Shown: positions 1 to 34,196, counted from the stretch's first letter. The stretch: DNA of 64,000 bases from the human T2T-CHM13v2.0 reference genome, Homo sapiens (GCF_009914755.1 NC_060946.1), one strand, 5' to 3'. The notes: generated from the sequence alone by a model not told the origin. Made by a program: numbers and translations.

Positions 1-435
<435 letters not shown>

Positions 436-1048
436 TAATTAATCACACTTTGTCAAATGCTGAGGAATGGTGTTGCTGGCTGGGGTATGCTACCCGCCCC
501 ACTCCACCCCACACACTTTTTTTTCCCGGCTGCTGCAGAGGAACACACAAGACTCTTTGCATTCATTCAATCAACACTTGCAGGACGGCGCTCTCCCAGG
601 GCTAGTCGGTCCTGGGCGCCAGGAACTTCAAGGACAATTGAGCTTCAGCCTCTGATCATGCCACCCACACCCCGGCTCCTGGCATGGACACCTCCCAGAC
701 CCACACTCAATAAATGAGCAGCCAGGCCACGGTGGCTTTTGATCAGATGCCAAGGAGGTTATGTCTGCTTGTCTTCCTCTTTCTCTACAGCCCCATGAAA
801 ACGTTTACAGGGTTTTTCCTTATGCGGGGCCAAACCCAGCCATTCTGGCACAGGTATCAGGAGGTCACACTTGGCTACTGTGGCCCTCTCTCCTCCCTCC
901 AGTTCAGGAGATACTAGCGCCCCTGGATGCTCCCCACAGGCTGACATCTCCTGAATTGTCATCTTGAACCCAAATCTCTCTCCTCACTTGGACACAGTTG
1001 CCCACTCTCTTCCTCCCTGCACCTGGGTGTTGAGCCTGGTCCTTTCCC

Positions 1049-1106
1049 CAGCATACCCCACCTGCAGCTGGTAGCAGCAGCATACCCCACCTGCAGCTGG
1101 TAGCAG
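1049..1106. repeat. Perfect 29-bp tandem duplication
   Basis: CAGCATACCCCACCTGCAGCTGGTAGCAG x2. Confidence 0.9.
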
Positions 1107-4100
1107 CTCCATCCTTTCATGCTGGTGCCAAAAACCTTGAAGGCAGCTTTGATTCTTCTTTCTCACCCTAATCCAATCCAGCAGCAACTCCTGTTAACTT
1201 CACCTTTAAAACAGAGCCAGAATCCGCCATTTCTCACCACCCGCACTGCCAGACGTTTGTTTCAGGCGTTCACTTCTTACCACTCTGGTCCAAGCCACCT
1301 CATCACTAGCTTCCCTGATTCTGCCCTTGTCTCATCAGTTGATTTTCAGCAAGCAGCCACAGTGACCTTAGGAAAACGGAAGTCAGGCTATGGCCCTCCT
1401 CTGCTCCGCATCCTCCCATGGCTCCCACTTTACTCAGGAAAAACCAGTCCTCATTTGCCTTACAGGTTTGACCCCACCCCTTACCTTTCTGCCCCCAACC
1501 CCACTGGCCCTTGCCTCTTCTCCAGCCACGCTGGCCCCCTTGCTGTCACTCAAACACACAAGCACCCTCCCTCCTCTGGGCCAGTGCCCTGGCTGTGCCC
1601 GCTGCCCGGATGCCCTTTCCCCAAACATCCACTTGGCTCACTCTCTCACCCTCCTGTCCTCTCTCACATCGCACTTCTTCAAGGCCTCTTCTGATCAACC
1701 AGTTAGTGCTGCAACCTGCCCCGCCAACACGGCACTCCAGAAGCCCTCACCCTGCGTGATTTTTTTTTTCCCCCAGCACTCACCACCTTCTAACACATCA
1801 TATGATTGACTTACATATTCTGCATTCATTGTCTGGGAGCCTTGAATGCTCTGTTTCCGGAGCATTGCAGCTCAGTAGGTGGTCAATTAATATTTACTAG
1901 ATAGAGTTGTCACTCTGCACCCCTTCTCCTAAGGCCACAGAATCCTGACCGGCCCCTCTCAGCATAGCAACCGTGAAATGGCCAATTCTCCACTAGTCTG
2001 TCACTTGGATGCTTGACAGCATTTCAAACTCAACACAATCAACCTAAACTCCTAATAGGATCTCCTGAGCTTGGTTTCTCTTCCAGGCTTGCCTGTTGGA
2101 ACAAGCCAGAAACCCAAGATCATGAACCTCTTCCTCCCCATGAACCCCTGATCCAATCACCACTGAGTCCTGTGCATTACACTCAACACCCCCAGGATCC
2201 AACTGTTTCTCTCCATCACCAGCAGCCCAGTCCAAGTCCCCACTGTCCGCCACCTGATCATGCTTCCACCCCTGCCTGTCCCCATATGGTGGCATGTCAC
2301 CCCCGCCTTCACTATACTTTCAAAGCTTCCCACTGTCTTCAGTATGCAATTTCTTCACGTGGCTTAGAGGGGTGTCATGATCAGACCCCTTCTCCAGCCC
2401 CATGGACCTTCTATCAGCCCCAAGGGTGCCATGCATCCCTGGCTTTCTTATTTTCATTCTCAGTCCACCTTCGACCCCTGGTGCAGACACATAACCTAGG
2501 CCTGGCCAATCACAGCATTTCATTCCCAGACTGCAGTGTTGGTTCAAAGATGGACGTTTGACCCAATCTAGGTCAATGAAACTCAACTGGAGACTTTTAC
2601 AGAATTCTGCGGGGAGGCTAAGCAAGTAGGGTATAGGGCTGGAGGTGTGGGGCCATCTCTAGTCACCACCTGCAAAGCTGGCATGAGAGCAAAGCCAACC
2701 TAGGAAGGTGGAGCCGAGATGGAGACACAAATCCCTAAAATTACTTGAGTCCTTGGATCTAGCCATACCTGAGGCTCACCTCTTACATAATCCAATAAAT
2801 TTACCTTTTTGCTCAATGCTATGGAAGCTGGGTTTCTGTCTCTGTTTATCAAGAGTCCTAGCTAATAGATGGGTCCATACCCTCTTCCCACCTTATCTTG
2901 GGCTGCTTATCTCCTCAGCTAAAGTATCTCCTTCTTCAGGAAGCCTTCCCTGAATACCCCGACTAGATTAAGCTCTACCCTCCTATGTCTCACAGTCCCC
3001 TCTGCCTACCACTCACCATTCTGTATGGTAAATGCTGTTTGCCCTTCTGTTTCCCATATTCCACTGTGAGTGCTCACGGGCTGGGAGGCATTGCAGTCTG
3101 GTGGGTTTTTTTTCTTCTTCTTCTTTTTCTTTTTTTCCTACACTTATCACAGAGCCTGACACTGAGAGGCATTCACATTTTATTTTTTTCAGGTCATTTT
3201 GCTCATCAATAAGTTTCCTCAGATATCAGGGAGTAGTGAAAAAAGAATGCGTTTTGCAGAAAGATGCGCCTGAGTTTGAATTCCCCACCTATTAGTTTTG
3301 TGACCTCAGGTAAATCACTTAACCTCTCTGGGCCTCATTTTTCTCATCTGTGAATCGGGAGAGCAGCTAAATACACATAAGGGCTTTACTACCATATTAG
3401 AGCTGGTTAAGTGTTTAATTAATGATAGTTCCTGGCTCTACCTTCTTCCTCCAGGGACTGCTCAAGCAATCTTCCCACCTCAGCCCCTCGAGTAGAGAGG
3501 ACCACAGGTACACACCACCACACCTGGCTAATTTTATTTTTTGTCGAGATGAGGTCTCACTATGTTGTCCAGGCTGGTCTCAAACTCCTGGGCTAAAGTG
3601 ATCCACCCTCCTTGGCCTCCCAAAGTGCTAAGATGACAGGCGTGAGCCACGGCGCCCTGCCTAGTTCCACCGTCTTATCTGAAGGCTCGGGGTGACAGCT
3701 GGGGCCAGTCACTGACTCCGACTTCCGCCCCAACAATGCGGATTTGAGTTTCCACACAAGATGTGACTCTAGAGTATCTTTATTAACATGTCAGAAGGTT
3801 TCCTGATGTTTCTGCTTACAAAGTCTTCAGCTAACTTCCCTCTTCCCCTGGCCCCAGCTGTAGTTTATGGCTTTTCTGATTGCATGACTTTCCACTTCTT
3901 TGTTGTGGAGGTTTTGCAATGGCTGATGGCCAAAAAGTGAAAAGGCTTGACCAAGAACAAAGCAAGCAATAAATAAATACTTGCTGGATGTAATGTTCCT
4001 CAACAAGATGGCCTCAACCTTTTTTTTTGTGGTTCATCCAGGAAGCATGAGGCCTTCGTCCTGGTAATATTTTGGGCATATTATTAGGGGCAGCAGTTGG

Positions 4101-6044
4101 CTCTAGGTGGGGGTTTTAAGAGCAGAATTTGCCAGCCCCAATTCTGGGGTAGTGCATACTACGAATCCGGTTTCCTGAGCATTCACCTGCTCCTCTGTTT
4201 CCTTCCTGGACAGACTGTGATATCTTCTTCGTTTTCACTCACTCCTAGAAGCAGGAAGAACCGGAAGAATTGCAAAGGCTTTAAGAGCTGCTCAGAGTAT
4301 GAACACTTAAAACATCACAGGGAGAAACCCACGAGAGAGAAGGGGCATGATCTCATGGTTCACTGTTTTGGGGGACAGATTTACAATTGGGGAACAGCCT
4401 TTTCCTAATGGTGCAGGGCTTTGGGGGACCTGGGTTTTATGGAAAGTATTTCCATCTGCAAACTTGCCTGGCCATTACCAGGAAGCAAAATGCCATGGGG
4501 AGAGTCCCTTAACTTCTCTGAGCCTCAGTTTCCTTATCTGTAAAATGGGTGAAGAACAACAAAATTTTCGTTGCTATGAATTACTGAGCACTTCTATGCA
4601 TTAGATGCCATATAACTATTATCTGTCACCCACAAAATAATCATTATTATGATCCCTGTTGCACAGATGAGGAAACTGAGGACCAGAGAAGTGTCTGGAG
4701 CAAGGTCTCAAAGCTCATGCATAAGCCAGCTGGAGTTCTAACTCAAGTGTGTCTGACTTGAGAGTTGCTATCATCCCACAACAACAGGCCTTCTCTTGAT
4801 GCCTGCCTCACGGGTCACTGTGAGGTTCCAATGGCATCACACACACAAAAGATAAAGATACTGCCTGAGGCACCTGTTTGCCCAGGAACGAGCAAGCCAT
4901 AGGTATTTGGGAGGCGACTGGCTGGAGACAAATACAAGTCCCTTGGATCCTCATTATCTGCTTTTCTCCTGGGCTCCCCTCATGCCCAGTCCTAAGTAGA
5001 GAGGGTCTCAGAGAGCAGAAACGAGGAAAAGGCGACAGTGAGCAACTGCATCCTTGCAATGAAGGAGCACTCACCAGCATCCTCACCACCCAGAATGTAG
5101 GCTCCCAACCATGGGCTGCACTGTGCCTATCACCTCCCACAACTCCAGCCCCGCCAGGGACTTGCCACCAACCAGGAGAACCCAACTAGAAGGGGTCCAG
5201 GAGGAGCCATCCTTTCCTACCCACTCTTGGAGGGGCTGCATGCCACTGGCTTTCTGGACCATAAAATGAGATGTGCCATGAACTTCCCCACCCTGTCCAT
5301 CCCGGGACCATCTAAGGGACTCCAGCAGGAGGACAGTCAAGATTTGAGCCCTCCCTATGAGGACCTGTCCCCACTCAGTCTCATTTCCCATCACACACCC
5401 TAGATGCAGGGGTAAGAATCTAGGTTTGACTCCCGCCCCTCCACTTCCCCAGACAAGTGGTTCAGTTCCCCCGTGCCCTATGTCTTTCATCTGGAAAATG
5501 GGGATAACACAGCACTTCCCTGGAGGTTGAGATGAATTTGCACCTAGGAAGTCCTTAGCAGAGTACCTGACACACACTAGGGCATCCATAAACATTGGCT
5601 GTGAATATTACGACTTTGACACCGAATGCCTTCTTGACCCTGTACTGAAACTATTCCCTCTTCCCACAATGCCTCCCTTCCCCTTTTGCCTCCTCTCCCA
5701 AATAATTACGGCAATAACAGTAATCATCACACTTACCAATTGCTAAGGGCCTCCTACTTGCAAGACCACGCACAGAACACTTCTCAAAGACCATCTCCTT
5801 CCTGCTGCATCCTCCGGAGACAGCGACACTATCATTTCTATACCTCCCCTTGTGTCCATCTAAAATATCAGCTCTCCCAGGGCAGGAACAGGGTCTCTCC
5901 TGCTCACTGCTGGATTCCCGGCATCCGGCATAGAGCAGGCACACAGGAGGTGCTCATATTTGCTGCAGAAATGAGACCCCACTGAATCCTCACAAAAACC
6001 CGCTGCTGTAAATGATGATGGCATCCTTTTAAAATGAAGATGCA

Positions 6045-10590
<4,546 letters not shown>

Positions 10591-11345
10591 ATAAGAAAAT
10601 CACCAGACAGAGAAGGAGAGAGATGAGCACTAGCAGCAGCCTGGAACAGGAACCTCAGCTCCTACACCATCAACGGGCACCTACATCCCTGCACCCACAT
10701 CTTAGCTACACAGCCATCCCGCCCTTCAGTCAAGGCCCCTGGGTATCCAGGGAAGAAGGGGAATGTTGAGAGAGAGGTGACTACTGGCCCAGCCCCCTCC
10801 AGCCCTCTCACCTGTTGTGGGGCTCTCCAAATTCCAAGCTTCTGAACACTACCTTCCCAATGTTAATTACATCCAGAACCCCCTTTAATCGTATTCATTT
10901 TTGTTCAATGGATCCAATATTTTTAAAACATATTTTCAAGGGAAACTATAATCCACTGGATTAAATTTAAAACATGCCCTAATTAAAAAATTAATGCAAA
11001 AATAAAATCGAAGGAAGCAATGTTTTTTTATGCCTTCTGGCTAGAGACGGCCGCCAGCCTAAGGAAGGATCCCCAAAGGAGCCGGTTGTGTCCGATCTTT
11101 GTTAAACAAGAGGAGTCTGGGGAGAAGCACTAAAGACGCGTTAGCACCTAATGGAGGCTTTCTCCGGAAAGTCATCAGAGGGTGGGGAGGAAGACTTTCG
11201 CTCTGTGATTTAGCACTTCATACTAGGCAACAGCAGCCTCCAGGGCAAAATTCAAGTCCTTTGGCATCGCACTGAGGCTCTGTTGTGACTTAACTCCTGC
11301 TGACCTCCAATTTTATTATAACACCACCGATTCCCCCAACCCTCA

Positions 11346-11352
<7 letters not shown>

Positions 11353-11390
<38 letters not shown>

Positions 11391-11399
11391 CACACACAC
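11353..11399. repeat. (CA)n microsatellite, interrupted
   Basis: Direct reading. Confidence 0.95.
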
Positions 11400-12149
11400 T
11401 ATAGTCTTTGTGCCCTGAACTCTACCAAACATACCAGGCCACAGAGTTTCACACCTCCAAACTTTTGCACTTGTGATTCTCTCTCCTTGGAAAACCTTTC
11501 CTGACCTCCTCTACAAAGCTAACTCCTACTGGCATCATTTGCACCCCTTCCTCCAGGAAGTCTTCCCTGACTGCCTCCTGTCCCTGTACCAGTATCCCCC
11601 AAGGTGCTTAGCATCCTGTGTGGCTTCTGGTGTTGCTTCCCTGCCAACCCCATGGAATGTGCAGGGCTGGGACCCCATCCTAGTCCCCACATCCTCTCAG
11701 AACCCAGCATGGTCCCCAAACTTCCAGCACAGGGTGCACAGGTATTTGTTGAGTAAACAGAAGGATGGATTGAGAAAGAAATGAAGGCACCAGAACACTC
11801 TGGGACAGAAGGAAATCTAAACTAAACCCTCTCTGTGCTCTGGGAAAAAGTTCTAGGCAGAAGCTCCTGTCCAATAAGAATCAGTCAACTTGACTCAAAT
11901 TGGCCTCACCTACTCATTGGTCCACAAACTCTGGGCCAATGGCCCAGCCTCTATTCAGTTTTCTCGCCTGTAAAGTGGAGACAGTAGTATTGCCTATGAT
12001 AGAATTGAGCTAAGAAAAATAAACGTAAAGAGCTAAGTACCCAGAAAGCACCCAAGTCTTAACTGCAATCATTACTATTTTTATCAGCATCTAACACTCA
12101 CCAAATCAAAGTTTTATAACTTGTAGGGACTCAAAAGATGATTAGAAAA

Positions 12150-12884
<735 letters not shown>

Positions 12885-13129
12885 TCAGAGATGTGGGTTA
12901 CTTTTTCTTGCCTGATGCCTCCACCAGAACGTAAACTCCAGGACAACTAGGACCTCGTTGCTTCTTAAATCTTGCACCCCAACATCCAGTTGAGGGTTCT
13001 CATGTGTCCTTATTCTAGTGGAAGACGTCACTCAGTGGCTATCCGTGCAGTGCTGGGATCAAGGCATGACTTCCACTGACAGCCTCTGAAGTTGGGCAGA
13101 TGGGCTTTGAGTCCTGGTGCTGAATCTCA

Positions 13130-18905
<5,776 letters not shown>

Positions 18906-19899
18906 TTGCATGAGATTTTTAAAAATCAGGTGATACAAAGATGTATATTAAGTAAACAACAGTACAATTGGGGTTCAGTGGGGTGGGGGGATTCAGAAAT
19001 GACCCAACAGTTCCTTTAGGACAATGAAATAAACCCAGCTTTACAGTTATGGAAACTGAGACTAGATCGGAAGGAAAATGCGTCGCCCGGGCCACATCAC
19101 TACTAAATCCGGTGTGTCACAGATCTGTTCAAATCCAGAAGCCTACCCTCGCCAGCAGACCACCCTGCTGAGATGAAAGGGTTATCACATGGAGGCTAGG
19201 GAGAGGTGTCCACCCACAGCCCAGTCTGGCAGACAGACATGCAAGGGAATGTCTGTTGGGAAGTGAGAAAAAGGGCTGGCTAACTCTGTGGGGTTCAAAA
19301 CAGGAAGCACCCAACAATACCAGGAGAATGCCAGGGAAGGCTTCCCGGAGGAGGTGCTGCTTGAGGGGGCTTCTGTAGGATAAGTAGGAGTTCAACAGCC
19401 CGCCTCCTCAACATCCCCAAGGACATTAAGTCAGGAGGCCTGTGAGTGAGTTTCAGCTCTGCCACATCCTAGCTGTGAATCCTAGGGTCACGGGCAGGTG
19501 ACCTCTCCAAGCCTCAGTCTCCCCATCTGTAAAAGGGGAAGGGGGCAAGAGGTTAGGCACGGTTCTTTCTAATGACTCTGCTGAGGTGGATGGTTCCTTC
19601 CCTAGGGAACGGGCCTTTGAGTGGGAATGCCAGACCTCGACCTCTGTCCCATCTAACAACGACTCTGCCAGGTCAGGCGTGCTCAGCCTCTGAGCCCATG
19701 CTCCCAGTCCCCTGCTACCAGTCCCAGTCCCGGCTTTCCGGGCACCTCCCATCCAGCTCACACCGAGAAGCGGAGTTTACGGAGGGAGGTTGGGGGTTGG
19801 GGTGGGATCCTCGGGTCAAATTCCTCTCCACTCCTCACCAGTGACCTCCAAGTTCACTAGGGCTCCCCAACCCAGTGCTCCCAGCGCCCACCTCCCCAG

Positions 19900-20700
19900 C
19901 CGACGATTTCCGCCCCCAACGCCTCCACTTCTGACGCTCCTCGCAACTCCACGGCTGCTGCAAGTTAACTTCCACGCGCCCTGGCGCCCGCCTGGGGGTC
20001 CCCGCGCGCCTGGGCGAGGTTGGGGACTCCGGAGGCGGGGACGCGCCGCCCTCCCCCCCAGTCCCCCCGCCAACAGACGCTGAGCGTCTCCCAGGCGCTG
20101 GGTCCTAAGCGGGAAGCGTGGTAACGGGGGCCCGGTGGATGCCGCACCCCGCGGAAAGCGCTCGGGACGCCGAGCGGGTGCGGATCCCAGAACCGCGCGC
20201 CCGCGCCGCCTGCCTGCCTCCCAGATCCCAGCTCCCAGCCCCGGAGCCCGAGCAGTCGCGCCGGGCCCGGAGGCAGCCGCCAGGACGGAGGGCTGCCAGG
20301 CGCCCGAGGCCGACCCGCACGGCCCCCAGCCCGCGCCCCCGGCTGCAACCCGAGGCCACCCCCTGCCGCCCCAGGGCCACCTACCGTGGCGAGACGCGGC
20401 GAGGCAGCCCCACGCACCCAGCGACTCCCGGCTCTCCAGCCGCCCCAGCCGGGGAAGGGGGAGGTGCCCGCGCGGGGGCGGGGCCGCGGCGACGTGACGT
20501 ACGGGGGCGGGCCCGATACGCGGCCCCGCCCCGCCCCGCCCCATCCCCTCCACTGCGCCTCGGGACCGCGAGGTGAGCAGAGGCTGGTCGGGAAGTTTCC
20601 CGGAGGCTCGCCCCGGGAACCCCGCCCCGCCGCCCTGGAAGCCCCTGTCTGCTCGCTGGCTTACCCCTAGGACGGGCAGCTCACCACTTCTCCCGGTCAG
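19900..20700. promoter_or_regulatory. TPST2: CpG island / TATA-less promoter of TPST2
   Basis: Very GC- and CpG-rich block with several Sp/KLF GC boxes (GGGGCGGGG 20475-20483; (CCCCG)3CCCC 20524-20542) and a GACGTGACGTA CRE/E-box-like motif at 20491-20501. Gene identity comes from recalled gene order next to CRYBB1. Confidence 0.85.
20385..20480 (-). other. TPST2: Non-coding exon 1 of tyrosylprotein sulfotransferase 2 (5' end approximate); intron 1 runs off the left edge of the window
   Basis: Minus-strand donor GCCACG|gtaggt (GT = plus 20383-20384) just downstream of the GC boxes. No coding sequence in the window confirms the identity. Confidence 0.65.
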
Positions 20701-20919
20701 TTCTGTTTAAGAGAAGTTCCTTTCTGCCTGTAAGCAATGAAGTGGAATGATCACCAAAAAGTGGTGTAAGAAAAGAAAAGTAGACCCGCAGCGGGGTGTA
20801 TTCGTGCTACTGTTTGTGTAAAACACAGAAAAAAGAAAGGGGTGGTCTGATGTATAGTCATACACACCAGTGGTTTTGGAGGGAGTTTTTGTGGATATAC
20901 CACATTCTCTCCATTTATC

Positions 20920-21160
20920 AGGGATTTTGCCCTGACATCCCTCCACCACCACGACATTTGGCAATCTCTGAAGACATTTTTGGTTGTCATAACTGGGGAA
21001 GTGGAGAGGCGATACTGGCATCTAGTGAGTAGAGGCCTGGAATGCTGCTAAACATTCTGCGGTGCATAGGACACCCTTTCCACCCCCAGCCCTGCCACTA
21101 CCCCCCCAAAAAAAACCCTGCAAAAAATGCCGAATAGCGTAAAGGTTGTGAAGCCCTGAT
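20920..21160. mobile_element. MER20 DNA transposon
   Basis: GACATTTTTGGTTGTCATAACTGGGG...GGCATCTAGTGAGTAGAGGCC hallmark. Confidence 0.75.
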
Positions 21161-21421
21161 ATACACAAATGAAACAAAACTCCTGACTGATAAATCTTAG
21201 CACAGTCTAAGTTCTATAACCTTTCAGTGCTTCTGCTTCTTCATGTGTAAAATTGGAAAAATAATAGAGCTATCTATGCATCGTATGCTTGTGCATTGAA
21301 TACCTGAAGAAAAGGTAGGGTAGGCATGCAGGCTTACTTTTCATTGTGAACTTTGGTTCTTTGTTCTCTTTTAACTTTCTATTTGCCATATGTATATATT
21401 ATCTGTTTAAAATAAATTTCT

Positions 21422-29033
<7,612 letters not shown>

Positions 29034-29760
29034 TGTGTGATTGCTTTCTATGTATATGATGCTGATTTTCCACTTCTTGGAGCATTATAAGGATTTATTT
29101 ACAAATCAGTGCATTTAAGGACAAAAAATAAGTCTATTTAAATAAAAATATGTCAAAAGTAGACCAGGTGGCATGCAGACAGTGCAAAAAATCCTGAGGG
29201 GGGATGCTCAACTGGCTACAGTTTGAAAAAAATTTATAGATTTGTCTTGAAGAGTACAGGCTCTGGAGCCAGACAGCCTGAATTCAAGTCTTGACTTGCT
29301 AACTGTGTGACCTTGGGAAAATCACTTCCCCTCTCTGAACCTCAATTTCCTCATACCAACCTCCTGGAGCAGTCTTCATAATGAGTAAGGCCAAGTACTT
29401 GTCCTCCACCCCAACACATCCATTCAGGACCCAGAAACCAACCTGCCTCCTCTGACCTGCTGCACGAATGCCCTGGCTGGACCATCTCTTACCTAGTATC
29501 CTTGGACAGCATCTCACAGGTGTATCTGGGTTTCCCCTGCTAGGTGGAGCAAACTCCTTGACGGCAGGAACTTGGCCTTATTCATTTCTGCCTACACATT
29601 TGGTAGACTCACATAACAGGCAGAAAGAACTTTTCAGTGTTTGCTGCTTTTATTATCGTTGTAATTATTAAGAGCGAGGAAGTCACATCCCAGTAACTAT
29701 GGGGGACCTCAAGGCACACATCTGTTTACAGATCCAGGAGAAATTTTGGCTTTAGGGAAT

Positions 29761-29766
29761 TTTATT
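29761..29766 (-). terminator. CRYBB1: CRYBB1 polyadenylation signal AATAAA
   Basis: TTTATT on the plus strand, ~75 nt 3' of the TGA stop. Confidence 0.85.
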
Positions 29767-29839
29767 TGCCTGGGAAAAATGGGGGAAATAATTGAACATG
29801 AAGAAGGGTTGGGGCAAGGTAGCAGAGTGAGGTGTGGAC

Positions 29840-30023
29840 TCACTTGGGGGGCTCTGTGGCCAGGACAGGGAAGGACCCCTCGAGGTGCCACTGCTTGTCA
29901 CGCAGGCGACGCAGGGACTGCATCTGTGGCTGGAAGGCTCCCCACTCATTCCAGTGCCGGAAGTCACCAGGCTCTAGGAGGTACTGGTACCCGCGGTAGC
30001 CAGGATACTGATAGCCAACCCAT
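29840..30023 (-). CDS. CRYBB1: betaB1-crystallin exon 6 (Greek key 4 and C-terminal arm): [60 protein letters not shown]
   Basis: Acceptor ctctcag at 30024-30025; 184 coding nt; TGA at 29840-29842. Confidence 0.97.
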
Positions 30024-30532
30024 CTGAGAGAAAAGTGAGAAGGACAGAGTGGAGACAGCCTGTCTCGTTGCCTGGCACCCAGACCCCTGCCAGACCAGCC
30101 TGTCCTTCATTGATCCCTGCAGTCGGCTGCTCTCTCACTTCTGTCCTGGCTATATCCCTTCCTGCTCTGTGCCCTGGGGCAAGGACTTTGCCTCTCTGAT
30201 AGGCCTCGGTTTCCTTTTCTAGGAAGTGAGCATGGTCACGGTGCCTGGTTTTATTAAGAGTGCTGGGGGGGACCAAATGGAGAATGCACCTCAAGTGTTT
30301 GCTAAGCATGTTGCCTGTGCATGGTAGGAATATGAATACACATCCCATTAAACGTGATGATGCAGGGCTCAGAGAACAAATCCAAGGAAGCAAGAATAGG
30401 ACTTAGGGACTGGTTAACAATGAAGCAAATGAAAGAGAGGAAGTGTTATTTCAAAAAATTGGTTTTCTTGGCTGGGCGCGGTGGCTCAAGCCTGTAATCC
30501 CAGCACTTAGGGAGGCTGAGGCGGGCAAATCA

Positions 30533-30847
<315 letters not shown>

Positions 30848-31942
30848 CTAGCTCTGCCATTGATTTACTAGCTGTGAGAATCTAGGTGGATAAGGTATCA
30901 GAACCTCAATGTACTGTCTGTACAGTGGGGATGATAATGCACCCACCTCCTTGGTTTGTTATGAAGATTTAATAGTTATTCATTTAAAGTGGTTAGCACA
31001 GTCCTTGGTACATAGTAAGCACTCAATAGAAGTTATCATCAGTGATTAATTTCTAACTTCTCTCATTGTCTTTGCTGAGAGGGTCTTTCCAGGCTTCTGC
31101 CAGACCCCCTCCCTATATTGTAAAGCCTGGTTTAAGTTCCATCCTCTGCAGATAAACCTTTGACCTGCCCTCTGCCCTAACATACACAGCCAAATCCTAG
31201 AAACCTCTCCTCCTCTGACCTCCTACAACACAGTTGCCCTGGCTGGCCCATTCTTTACCTAGTATTGTTGGACACCATCTCACAGGTATATCTGGGTTTC
31301 CCTGCTAGGCCAAGTAAGTTCCTTGAAGGTAGGAACTTGGCTGTATTCATCGCTGCTTTCCCCAGTGTACCTAGCACAGTGCCTGGCTCACAGACAAGGC
31401 TCCGTATATTTCAGATGGCTTGAATGGCAGGGATATAGGTTTCAGGGAGGCAGAAAGGAACAAGAAAAAGGCCATAGCCATGATGGTGTTACAGGAGCTC
31501 AGAACAAGTCTGGGAATGGAGAGACAGAGCCTTACGTTTACCTAGAGGAGATCAAGGGTGTCTGGCATGTTCATTTGGAGGCAGGGGGATGGATAAAGTG
31601 ACTCCTTTGATCTGGCCCTTCCATGTATTCTCATGACATAAGGTCATGGGGCTCCGTTTTGATAGCTTCAGATCCTGAGCGTTCAGAGCAGGAAGGGCAC
31701 TCTTGGATCAGGGAATTTTGTGTGCCCATTGCCTAGCTGGCAAGACTGAGAGGCAGAGAGGTGTTTAGGCTCACTCGAGTTCCTCAGCATGTCAGTAGCA
31801 GGGTCAGGGCCATCTTATGATGCAAATTCACTGCTCAGAACTCATTCTGTTCATTCTCCCAGAAGCTCCTGATTTCCCTGAATATTCCCTGCTCCTGGAT
31901 GCATCCAGCCTCATCTATCCACATCAGCGCCGGCCCTTTTAG

Positions 31943-32312
<370 letters not shown>

Positions 32313-32547
32313 CCTAACAGCTTTTTAGAGCTGATTTGTTTACACTGACCTGGAATTCCTCAAAGTGTGACTCTATTCCCCAGAGGAATAGAGCTCTGTT
32401 GGCTGATCCCAGGAACCAGCACTGGGAGACTGTGGAAGGGGCCATGGCCTTCTCTAGGAATCTGATGTTATAACCTGTAAGGGGAGCAGCCTCTGATTCT
32501 GCCTGTGCTTGAAGCAGGGGACGCGGACCTGGCAGGAGGGATGCTTA

Positions 32548-32793
<246 letters not shown>

Positions 32794-33146
32794 TCAGGCT
32801 GCTGGGGGACTCTCCAGGGACCACTGCTGTCTAGTCTGGAAGGAGACATAAGGAAAATGGGATGACAACTCCCACGTCATAGGGTCCTCGTGAGGATGAA
32901 ATGAGTGTATCCATATAGAGCACTGAGCACGATGCCTGGCATACATCAAGTGCTCAATAAATGCATTTATTGGCCGGGTGCCATGGCTCATGTCTGTAAT
33001 TCCAGCACTTTGAGAGGCCCAGGTGGGAGGACTGCTTGAGGCCAAGGGTTCAAGACCAGCCTGGGCAACATAGCAAGATCCTGTCTCTCAAAAAAATAAT
33101 TTTTTTTTTAATTTGCCAGGCATGGTGGTGCATGCCTGTAGTCTCA

Positions 33147-33314
<168 letters not shown>

Positions 33315-33917
33315 TCAGAGAGGTCAAGCTTATTGATCAACATCACACAGCCAGGGAGGGGCAGAACCTTTCAGAGAAACACTTCATTCCTAAGCAGTGT
33401 CCCTGTGCCATCAGGAGTTTAACCAATTGCCCTTTTGTAAATGCTTCTTACAAACCAGGTGAAACGTGGAACATTGGTGGAACACAGATCTAGGTTCAAA
33501 TCCTGCCTCTAGGCCGGGTGCGATGGCTCACTCCTATAATCCCAGCACTTTGGGAGGCCGAGGCGGGCAGATCATGTGGTCAGGAGATCAAGACCATCCT
33601 GGCTAACACGATGAAACCCCGTCTCTACTAAAAATACAAAAAAAATTAGCCGGGCGTGGTGGTGGGAGCCTGTAGTCCCAGCTACTTGGGAGGCTGAGGC
33701 AGGAGAATGGCGTGAACCCAGGAGGCAGAGCTTGCAGTGAGCCGAGATCGTGCCACTTGCACACCAACCTGGGCAACAGAGCGAGACTCCGTCTCAAAAA
33801 AAAAAAAAAAAAAAACAAAAAACAAATCCTGCCTCTGACATTTATGCACTGGTGATCTTGGACATTTTACTCTGCCTCCTTCAGAGCCTCAGTTTGTTCA
33901 TCTGTAGAATGGGGTTA

Positions 33918-34196
<279 letters not shown>

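Noticed and set aside
19816-20670. Overlapping 90-245 aa Arg/Pro/Gly/Ala-rich ORFs
   Set aside because: Expected from stop-codon scarcity in a CpG island.
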